A DNA stretch of 61,317 nt, counting the filler, from Dugesia japonica (Eukaryota): NCBI GenBank assembly GCA_001938525.1. It is 6 parts of 6 records of this genome, joined end to end, with 100 filler letters (N's around TTAATTAATTAA, not from the genome) between each part and the next. Parts side by side here need not be neighbours in the genome. Positions count along the whole stretch, not along the records: positions 50,471 to 61,317 come from MQRL01595007.1; 5 more parts are not named here. One strand, 5' to 3'. Made by a program: the position numbers and the translations under genes. The notes beneath the pieces were generated by a model. It saw only the letters and a program-made list of their open reading frames with translations, had not been told where the DNA came from and made no database searches. Positions 50,780 to 61,317 of this stretch are shown piece by piece. Positions within the stretch are counted from its first letter, which is position 1. Every line of letters begins with the position of its first letter.

Positions 50780-51318
50780 GTGTTCCACTATCTATTTACT
50801 ATCAACGGCACCCTACCAAGATCGGTCGTGATAAGACCGATTGTCTTTGTCCCTCATTGTACCTCATCCACTGTTATGAGTTGGGATAGATAGTCGTTCC
50901 GTTGGTGCATAGCTAACAAGTCGCAACAAATTTTTTCCCTGTTGGCTTTAATTTCATCTGACAAAAAATGTGTCAACCATCTCTTTGCCAAGTATTGCTT
51001 TCCCATTTTGTGCAAGTGTCGGAGTATTGTTGTGTGAGACAATGACAGCTCTTCTGCTTATTATTAACTTATTACGAGATGTATCGTATTTGTCGTAAGT
51101 CAGAACCTCTTTGATTCGATTTTCTACATCATCTTTAACCAATGGTTGTCCACTTCTCTCTTCATCATCAATGACGAAATCACCAACAATGAATTTTGCA
51201 ATTGTTCACTGGCAGTTTCTCACAGACACAGTACTGGTGCCACGCACGGAGTTAATCTTCTTCTCAATTGGAGGCGCATTCATTTCAATCGCCAAAAAAT
51301 TAACCTACTTAACCATTC
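50780..51318 (-). mobile_element. mariner transposase 5' remnant
   Basis: DEERSGQP, SHTTILRHLHKMGK, RWLTHFLS and LITVDE. Confidence 0.82.
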
Positions 51319-51897
51319 CCGAGGAAAAATTCAATCAAATTCAACCAGACCGATGAAAGATTTGACTGAATAACCCAAAAATTACCCAAACTGATAAATT
51401 CGATCAAATCACTCAAATTTTCCATTCGAAAAAATATTCCACCGAATACCACAAAAATTACTGTAAACCAGTCAAAAATTGATCATATTCGGCCACATCG
51501 AGAAAATTTTCGATCAAATTCCCTCGAACCAACCAAAAATCGACCTCAGTCAACCTCTCCGAGGAAATTCCAGACAAAAACCACCTAATTTTCACCTCCT
51601 TGAATAAATTCCTAACCAAAAAGCTTGAAAAATAATCCAGCTTAAAAAGCTTAAAAGATTTACCAAAATAGCCTAAAATTTTAAAATAATTCGCCAAACT
51701 TTTCAAAACTCGATTAAAAGTTACATAATTTATGTGCAAAAAAATTTCCCAACTAAAATTGTTTAAAACAGTAAACTAATATTACCTAGTATGGTGCCAT
51801 TTTTAAATTGCCAACTAAATGCATTAAGATTAAGTTTCATACATCACTATTCCTATACTGAATGTGTGATGTTCCAGAGTGCTACTATCCCTCTACT
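51319..51897. mobile_element. Polinton-type right terminus with subterminal repeats
   Basis: Ends in TGAATGTGTGATGTTCC...GCTACTATCCCTCTACT. Internal AAAAATTACCCAAACTG and AAAAATTGATCA repeats are shared with 46620-46800. Confidence 0.72.
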
Positions 51898-52238
51898 ATT
51901 ACATAAAAGTATTAACAATCAAAGAAGATAATAAGTAAAAATAGTGTACAGTCATTATACGTAAAATACTATGGAACATGTTACTAAAAATTGCCCAAGG
52001 ACAGGATAAATTCCTGTTACCCAATTACTTTGAACATTATTAAATTTTAGAAACTAATGAAAACAAAAGGCAATATTTTCATATTTCCTGCATTAAGCTA
52101 TTTTAATGCATAGTAACTTATTAGTAATTTCACATGATCAGCCAAATGCTTCATTCATAACATCCACTTTTTAAATAATAAAATATTTTAATATTCTAAT
52201 ATTTATTTTAATACACATTTAAAACACATTGTATGTTG

Positions 52239-55200
52239 TCATTTCTTGGTGTCATTCGACTTCCGATTACCACATCTCAATATAAATTCGGACTAAAAAT
52301 GAAATAAAATTATAAAATAATTAAAACAAAATGTTGAAATTTTAATTTATGTAATTTCCAATACCAAATACCAAATATTTTTTTGATAATTCATAAAAAT
52401 TTTTGAAATTTTAAATTACCCAAGATAATACTACAAGTTTTATGAACTTACTAAATAATCAATCGGATCTTCAGTTCTAACTTTGCTACAATCCATCAAA
52501 CCATCTGTAAGAACCGGCATAACTAAGTGCATTAAATAATTTCTTAATGGAAGATTATGAGTCTCAAGATACTCATATTGCTGTTGCCTAACTAATTCAA
52601 GATTTTCATTCTTGAAGAAAAAATGAATTTGAATCTATGAAATTATAATTTACCCATTCTGATTGATTATGTTTTCGAATAGTCAACATTTCAGATTCCT
52701 TAATTTTTTTGTTTTCACTTTCTATTAATTTCTGTCTTTTCGCAGCTTCTTGTTCTTTTAAATTAATAAGAATTTTTTCCTCTTCATTTGGACCGTAAGT
52801 ATGGGGCTGACCGAGTTCATAAAACATTTCGTTAAGAAGATTAATGTGATTTTCATCACCATCCTATCATTAAAAAAATTTCTCAATTAACTACTATAAT
52901 TTAGAGAATTCAAACAAAAATTGTTTCATTCGTATATATAATTGAAATAACATTTTAATTAAAATTTTATTTGATATTTTAAGAAAAACATATTATAAAA
53001 CTAATTAATATTGGAAAGAAAAATTGAATTTTTCGTAGATAAGAAGATTATTTATTTAATAACTTAATATACTTTTTTCAGTAGTGAAAAGCTTATTAGA
53101 AGAAAAGTGTATTAGAAATGTGATTAAAATTAAAAATGCAACTTTTAAAATTTAACTGTTTATAACTATGAAATTGTTTTAAAAACTGGTTAAATTTATT
53201 GTTTTCTCAGATGAAATTTTTCTTTTTCTTTAGTGTAAATTAAATTGAAAATTATTAGAATAAAGTTATTAAAAAATATAAGTAATGAATAAAAAACTAA
53301 TTTATAATACTATGCGAAATATATTTCGAAGCAAGATNNNNNNNNNNNNNNNNNNNNNNNNNTCGATAACAAAAAAGAGCAAGAACGAATATACTTGACG
53401 AAAACTTACTGAAGGTAAAACCTTCAAAAAACTGACGGATTTCCAGAAAGATCATGAGTAGTTTTTGAAAGAAAAAGAGATGTGATAAAATATTTTCAGA
53501 ATCTTATTATATATTGACGTTGTGGTGGAAAACTAAAAAATGTGGTGAAAATTTGTTAAAATAAATAATTATTCAAAAAAGAGATCAAATGCTGCGTTAC
53601 CAGAATAAGGTGATCCTGTCATTTAGAAATTCAGAAATTATCCAATAATTAATATAAAATTTCAAAAGGTACTATTATTTTTATAATTATTAAATTTTTT
53701 CTGAGATATTAAGAAAATAAATGAGAGAAAACACAAGGATGACAAAGAAAAACAAAATTAAATAATCTAGAATGGAATCCAAAACAAGGACAATTAAAAA
53801 ACAAGCAATGATATTAATTTCTAATAAATGGCAAGGTTATGCGGCAAATAATAATAACCAAATAAAAATTTATAATTTCCGAAATAACACACGAGTAATG
53901 TAAAAATAATAATAAGTTATGTTGCTGAATTTTTTTTAAAGAAATGAGAATATTTAATAATGCATTGTTTGTGTTTATAGAAAATCAATGAACTGTCGTT
54001 TAAATTATTTTCCTTATTGAAACTGGATCAACCGGGTTTAGGAAAAAAGAATATATAAAGAAGCAGCAGTGAGAATTAACATCATCGTATTTAATTACAA
54101 AAGACATCCAATAATCGACTATATTCTCCGTATTAAATTTATATTCTCTAACCTTTAAGGGAATTATATATATTTGAACTCTTACTAGTTAACACATAAA
54201 TGTAAATCAGACTCCAAAAACAATCTTCGCCAACAAGAGTATGAAGCGAATGCATCATTAATAGCCACATGATGATCTATTGATTTTCTATATAACAAAC
54301 ATTGACAACAAAATGTTCAAAGCGAAAACGTTAGTGGCACCTAACGTTTCAAATGTGAAGTTCATAAAATAAGAGAGAAAATAATTGATATTATGACGTG
54401 AATTAACTTAAATTGCTCAACTAAAAACAAGGTCGGAACGCACAACAAGATAATCGAGATAAATGTTCAAGACAAACTACATGGACGATGTAAACGATGC
54501 AATTAGAATACTAGAATACGCTGACTTTAATCAAATTTTTATGTTTATGCGATTAGAAATAAATAAACCTAGCTAAAATGTCGTTTCGGTTTGATTTATT
54601 GAATACCTAATGAAGTAAAACTTGAGTTTCAATTTTTCCAATAAACCCAAAGAAAAACATAACGGATATGCTTGTTTGTATAGATAAGAGTTACCAATTC
54701 TATAGCGAAACTTGGAAGTTAAACATCGGAAAGCTAAGTACAGAAAGAGGTTATTTTTGGGACACACCATTAAAAAAATAGACAACACTCAAAACTAAAC
54801 AATTTAATAAACATTCTAGTGGTATTGAGATTAAAGCCAATAAGATAAATAGTAAAGTAAGATATCAATTCCAATTCTGAGGATTATATAGAGAATGATT
54901 ATATTCAAAGCCACTTAATGATAATTTATAGAGTTTGAAATTCTATATAGTTAATTACCAAGTTTTCAAGTACTTTTGTGACAGTATTTTTATTTGATAT
55001 ATAATTTCGATAAATAATTGTTTGATAAAATAAATACTTTCATATAATACATGAAGTAATATAAACGGAAAAGTAAGCTCAGTGCATTTTGATCTTATCT
55101 CTTATCGGACGTACAATAAAGTATCTATAGCATCATGATCTCATTATAAAACAGTGCTATTTTATTATATTTGTATTATCATTAAAGTACAAAATAAATA

Positions 55201-58200
55201 AATTGAATTTGTTGCTGAAAAAACATTTTTATTTAATTTAAATATATATAAATATATTAAAATAAAATCAAAAATATCAAATACCAACCTTTATAATGTT
55301 ATTTTATTACTACTACTATTTCAAATAATATAAATTATAAATACTAAAATAATTATATATTTTAAAAAACTTGCAAAATGAATTTTTATATATAAAATAA
55401 TTTTCCTGACAAACTTTAGACAAATCTTCTTGTAAATGCAAAACAATTGGATGAATTTCGCGTAAATCAAAAAATGTAAAAACAGTTTCTTCGTCGATTT
55501 CCTCTAAATCATCGTTGAGGCTTCTGTATTCCTTTAATTTGCGTTTGAACTCTTCATCAATTGTATCGTCGTTAGAAGATTTTAAAATTGAGTTTCTTAT
55601 ACTCAAATATTTATCAGATACCTTTAAAACAAAAACATGTTGAGGGGTAATCAGTGGATTAAATCCAGGTTTCTTGATATTTTCTTCTTCGTCAGTTTCC
55701 ACTAAAAAGGTAAAATTACTTAAACGAATATCATATTTACAAGATATATTTTTCAAAAGTTCGGCAATTCTAAAAGCAAGTTATTTGAGAAATTTTAATT
55801 TACACTATAAACACTGAATTAAATAATTAAAATAATTGGCAAAATGCGTTTTATATTTCAATTTTGTTCTATAAATTTTTTCCAAGTGCTCAGTCAGAAA
55901 AATAAAACTCTTATGAAAATAATTTTATTTAGACTTCAATATCAACAGGTAATTTTAATGTTGTTTTTATCCAATTCATGAAATGATCAAGTAAAAGGAG
56001 TGTTATATTGTGAGAAATTTATTTATGAAGAGGATAATGATGAAGCTGGTTAGTATAACCAAGATGTGAAAACTATTGGAAAGTGTTCAAATAATAGATT
56101 TTGAAATAAGATGTGCAAAATTAATTTTTCGAAACGATAATAGGAAGATTTAGCTTATAATCAAGTCCGGTAAATTTAATAAAGTAGATAGAAAGTTCAA
56201 AACAATCAAAGATTGATAAGATACTAAAGAAGTACAAATTGAGTTTATAAATGTAATACAAACTACAAGAATGTTTAATTCCACTTTTTTCTCCTTTCAA
56301 TACTGTTGTTTTAATCGTCATTTTCTTAGCATCTTCGAGTGACATTTGACACTGTACACATACCTCAGATCTTGATCTAATTAAAATATTAAGACATATG
56401 CAATATATGCATACACATGTTGAATTCCTTTTCTATATTCTATTATTAATAATAATAATAGAATATAGAATGCCATGTCTAAACTAATGAGATAATAATA
56501 AATAATGAATAAAAATGAATATTATATAGAAAATTGAGATACAGTATCAAGAGAATGCACATCATATAATATTATCAAGGTAACAACAGTCACAACAAAT
56601 GAAGAGACTTTAAAGTTTTTAAAAACTTTCATCATTTGAAAAGATTTAGTAAAATATTAGCGCACCATTTCAAGAACACCAGAAAGGAAAATATATGAGC
56701 TATAATAGATAGATAATAATAACAACGCTAGCCAGACAAGGCAAGGAATCAATAAAGAAAGTGCTTATGGAGAAATTAAATAAGATTTGGCGCCTCGATT
56801 GAAGCCCATAGATTGCGGGGGAAATATAAGGTTTTAAGAAATATCAGATTCAATCAATATATTATTTGTTTCATTTGTTTGTTCATATCACAGTAGTACA
56901 AATGGATTAGTAGATCGTTTAGTCAGAAGATAAAAGGAAATATGATTGAGGAGGTTTAATATTAGATACTGATTATAAATTGAATGTAACGAATCAGAAG
57001 ATTTTTGAAAAAAGCATATCATATTCATAGTATTTTGAATTTTTGAAAGACGGTTAATTATCTGTTTGAATATTCAAATTAAAGAAAAATATAAAAATTT
57101 TCAGAAAGAACATGTAATAATCAATAAAACCTTTATGGAAGACTATAAAAATGTCGCTTTAAATTGGATTAACATAGTTTTATTAGAACAATGCTGAAAT
57201 AGAAAAGGAAATAAAAATTTTAATCTATAATGATATGAGTGAAGTTCAAATGAATATTTCGATTTATTTTGTACAAAAAATTTATGAAGTAAAATGTGTC
57301 CATTCCTTTATCTGGAGTATCAAAATAACACATTTCAAATTCTTGAGATCATAAAGAACAGTGTATTAGAAAATCTTATATACAGGACATTAAATTCATA
57401 CCAGTATAAAAATTCTTTTTGTGGAATTCCGAAATTGAATATATATGATACTTTATTAATGCCCAATACTCAAAGGGAAAACATGAGCATACTCTAAAGA
57501 AAACAATCCTGAATTAAAAAATTGTTGTTTTAATTTGTGTTGCCTAAAAATCGGCGAACAATTATTAAAATACTTTCTGTTAAATAAACAACTATACCAA
57601 TATTTAGAGCACAAAATATAAATTTCATTACAAAATTTCAGTCATTCAAAAAATTAGAGGGAAAATTGATTGTGGAATTATAAATTTAGGATTTAAACTT
57701 GCCATAAATTATGAAAACTTTAATATTTTACTAACTTGTGTTACAGATACTTAATCTTTATTTGTATTTGTATAATTAATTAAATTTTAATAAGTTTTGA
57801 ATCGATATACGAGCTTATAATGACATTTTCTGTAAATTTAGAGATTGCCTTCAACTATAAATTCAAATAAAATAATATACTTGAAAATAACAGTTTGGCT
57901 TGTTCTTTAGTTTTCGGAAAACCATCCAAAATAAATCCATGATTTTGGCATTCTTTTCTTTCTAATGTTTCCTTATAAATCCTTCAAAAATTAAAATGAC
58001 AAATATTAATAGTCTTTACATAGCTAAATCTTCGTCATAAAGTCTTCCTTGATTTTCAGTCATATTATTTAAAAATTTTGTTTGGGTTTCAGTGGCAATA
58101 GAAGCTTTTGTTTCTGCTTCATCAAGTTCTTCAATTCCAAATTCCGTATCAATATTTTCTTCAAATTGAATTGATTCTTTTTCTTTTTCAATTTGCTCCT

Positions 58201-58608
58201 TTAGTTTCGTAGGATATGCAATTATATCATCCTAAAATTTTAAATTATTATATANAATTATTATATATTATTACAAAAATTTATTACCAAGCAGTTCATG
58301 TAATCTGCAATAACTTCTTTGATTTTCATATTTTTTAATCCATATTTGCTAGCCAGTTTATCACTGTAGTAAGATTTTCCTGATCCAGGAGGACCTAATA
58401 CACAAACCTTGATAGGCTTAATTTCTTATTAAGGTTTAATAATTATAAATAAGTATACCAAAAGATTTCTGGAAACTTTATATTCATTAATAATGCTATC
58501 TATATTTTCAACTAATCCTGTTTCAGCAATCCATTTAATTTTCATATCTTCCTTAATTGTCATCGCTTCTAATCGTAAATCCACCATCAATATTTCTAAA
58601 TCGTTCGG
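52239..58608 (-). CDS. AK7: Adenylate kinase 7, 3' exons (58608-58459, ~58418-58288, ~58231-58019, ~57981-57882, 55701-55415, 52863-~52654, ~52610-52452, ~52292-52239); 5' exons lie further right
   Basis: PIKVCVLGPPGSGKS (P-loop), CQNHGFILDGFPKT.EQAK.LF, G.PHTYG and the C-terminal Dpy-30 domain PLRNYLMHLVMPVLTDGLMDCSKVR.EDPIDYLSEFI. Splice phases are consistent. Confidence 0.9.
53360..54950 (+). mobile_element. Possible highly decayed Helitron Rep/helicase remnant in an AK7 intron
   Basis: Scattered motif-like pieces (EAAVRI, LVAP.NV...V, GT...II.I). Very degenerate. Confidence 0.3.
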
Positions 58609-59049
58609 CTAAATAACAAATAGCAGTTAAATCATGAATTAATTAATTATAAAAGAATTAAATTATTATCACTATATTAGAATTGAAAATTAAAATAAAT
58701 AATTATAACAATTATATAATTAATGCATATAAAACGCGGTTCAATAACACGCAAGTTCGCTTCGCACACGGTCATGCCATGTCTCCAATGTTACTAAGCA
58801 ATCGTCAATTGTGGCGTCAGTTATAGATTGATAAATCCAACCGTTGATTAAAAAATTAACTTTTCTTAAAGTAAAAATCAGTAAAATGCTTTTCAATTAC
58901 TATTTGTTATAAATAACACATGTTTTGTATGGTATATAAAAAAGTGCTCTTAAGTTTTTAAAAATTGCCACTACTATCTTTTATCGCCCAATTACACAGA
59001 TGTTCCGTAATTTGAGGTTTATTTAACACACGGTATATAACTTTAATTT

Positions 59050-60900
59050 TTTAAAACATTTATTTGTAAGACATGTTTCGGACAAATCTATGNNNNNNNN
59101 NNNNNNNNNNNNNNNNNNNNNNNNNNNNNNNNNNNNNNNNNNNNNNNNNNNNNNNNNNNNNTAATCAATCCAATAAAATAAGATTAAAATAAATTTAAAA
59201 GTGAGTGTATGTCAATCTGAGTATTAAGAATCGGATTATGCAACCAAATTCTCAAAGCCTCACACGCAATTCTTTCAAANNNNNNNNNNNNNNNNNNNNN
59301 NNNNNNNNNNNNNNNNNNNNNNNNNNNNNNNNNNNNNNNNNNNNNNNNNNNNNNNNNNNNNNNNNNNNNNNNNNNNNNNNNNNNNNNNNNNNNNNNNNNN
59401 NNNNNNNNNNNNNNNNNNNNNNNNNNNNNNNNNNNNNNNNNNNNNNNNNNNNNNNNNNNNNNNNNNNNNNNNNNNNNNNNNNNNNNNNNNNNNNNNNNNN
59501 NNNNNNNNNNNNNNNNNNNNNNNNNNNNNNNNNNNNNNNNNNNNNNTTGAAGTGAAAATGAATCTAAATTTATTATCATCAAAATATTTCATGAGAGAGC
59601 ATTTTAATGATTTAGATCCTCCCGAGAATGGTAGTTTTATAGTTATTTTTTCTTCTTTTTCTTCATTCTTTTTAATGTTTTCTTCTTGGTCATTATTTGA
59701 TGTTGAGCACAGTTTGTTTCCAGTACTCCTTATATAATTATAAATCATTTTTTGATTATATCCATTAGCTCGAAGACTACTATCTAATTTGTTAAGACCA
59801 TCGTCAGCAATCTTAAAGCTTGATGATATACACCACACTCGATGAACCAAACCTTTTATTATTCCATTCTTATATCGATCATCGCAAAAACTTTTAAGAG
59901 TGGTATAAAGTGTCTGTTGGTTTTTTATAAAGTGAAGTATTATAGTTGCAATCCTGTCTACAAACCAGGACATCTAAGAATGGTAGTTTACCTTCTTTTT
60001 CAACTTCTATAGTGAATTTCATATTTTGATGAAGAGTTTTCATATATTCAAGGAAAGGTAGTATATCATCTTGGTCTTTAAAAATAATCAAGATATCATT
60101 TACGTATCTTTTGTATTTTGAGTTGATTACCGGAAAAATTAGGAACTCGTGACTCTATTGTAGACACGAATAATGATGCTGATATCGGTGCAAAGGGAGA
60201 ACCCATTGCAACACCATCTTTCTGAGTAAACCAATCATTATTAAATTTTAAAAAATTAACATCTTTACAGCAAAATGTCAACAGTTCTTTCAAAGCTGTT
60301 TCATCAAATTTATAGGTTAAATTTGCGTAATGATTAGCACAGAGATCAACACAAATATTGATAGTCTCATTTATAGGAACGTTTGTGAACAGGCTTACTA
60401 TATCAAATGAAACCATAATTTCCTGATGTGAGATCAGTTGTTTATTTTTTAAGCAATTTAAAAATTCAAAAGTATCCTTAGATTCTCTATCATTATATAT
60501 TAATGGTTTAAGCATTTTGTCAAGTACTTTAGCAACTTTGTATTGCGCTGTATTTATCATCGATAAGACCGGTCTTAAAGGGACTTCAGGTTTATGTACT
60601 TTTGGTAAGCCATAAAGCTTTNNNNNNNNNNNNNNNNNNNNNNNNNNNGAATTTGAAATTAAACTATCTATGTGATTTCCTTTTTTTAATTTATTTAAAA
60701 TTTTTAATAATCTATTTTCATCATTAATTGGTGATGATGAAAATTCTTTTCATGAAAAATCCTATTCTTTCTTAAGTTTAATCATTTAAATTTATTTGTA
60801 TTCAATACCATCATCATTTTACTGTTATAATCATGATCATTAGTCCATTGACATTTATCAAATTTGCAAATGCTCAAATCTTTCTTTTTTAATCGTTTCA
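59050..60900 (-). mobile_element. Penelope-like element (RT plus GIY-YIG end) upstream of the first visible AK7 exon, probably intronic
   Basis: LYGLPKVHKP.VPLRPV, SFDIVSLFTNVP, Q.DGVAMGSP, RYVND (YVDD variant), LPFLDV, YKKPT and R.ACEAL.I..HNP.LN.Q. Confidence 0.92.
59070..59092 (-). ncRNA. 3' half of a minimal hammerhead ribozyme (Penelope terminal repeat)
   Basis: The minus strand reads ...GTCCGAAACATGTC TTAC AAATAAA: GAAA, palindromic CATG, TC, then a polyA signal. The CTGANGA half would lie in the adjacent N gap. Confidence 0.55.
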
Positions 60901-61317
60901 GTTGGAAATAAATGTGATCTTAAAGTTTTGTTTGTATATTAAAATGTAAATAACAAATANNNNNNNNNNNNNNNNNNNNNNNNNNNNNNNNNNNNNNNNN
61001 NNNNNNNNNNNNNNNNNNNNNNNNNNNNNNNNNNNNNNNNNNNNNNNNNNNNNNNNNNNNNNNNNNNNNNNNNNNNNNNNNNNNNNNNNNNNNNNNNNNN
61101 NNNNNNNNNNNNNNNNNNNNNNNNNNNNNNNNNNNNNNNNNNNNNNNNNNNNNNNNGGAATTGAAACGTTCTCAGCCACAAATAACTTCGACCTCATGTC
61201 AACTTTCGATTTCTTATTAGATGGCGACGCTAAGGAATTATGACTAGCTTGCAAAGCACGAATCAAAATGAACGATAAATCAACAAGAGATTGGTTCAAA
61301 TTAAAATTCGTCAAAGA

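Noticed and set aside
55900-57720. Short ORFs inside an AK7 intron (56121-56345, 57294-57497)
   Set aside because: No recognisable domain; probably decayed transposon sequence (weak MULE-like hints).
58730-59040. Possible TA-flanked MITE (also 8630-8920, and the hAT-like TIR word at 19826)
   Set aside because: Termini are too degenerate or unpaired to support boundaries.

Overview
This is a very AT-rich (low-GC) animal genomic scaffold with tiny (~40-55 nt) GT-AG introns and many N gaps. Five artificial TTAATTAATTAA linkers join contigs, so adjacency across them is unproven. Host genes, all on the minus strand: an intronless class A GPCR, Rab28 (partial), troponin T (complete, multi-exon) and adenylate kinase 7 (3' part). 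Most of the rest is a nested transposon graveyard: MULE, several hAT, mariner/Tc1, piggyBac, Ty3/Gypsy plus solo LTRs, a Penelope-like element with half a hammerhead ribozyme, and possibly a Helitron. Highlights: (1) two distinct families of Polinton/Maverick (adintovirus-like) endogenous viral elements. One is a 4.5-kb internally deleted copy with intact TIRs, a perfect 6-bp TSD and an intron-containing cargo gene. The other has PLA2-integrase, packaging ATPase, minor capsid and protease, with short GC-rich in-frame micro-insertions and a 696-bp Polinton-type MITE. (2) A NeSL/Utopia-like RLE retrotransposon whose 3' end abuts an antisense 28S rDNA fragment about 80 nt upstream of the canonical R2 site. 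All family calls come from manual motif recognition, not database searches.
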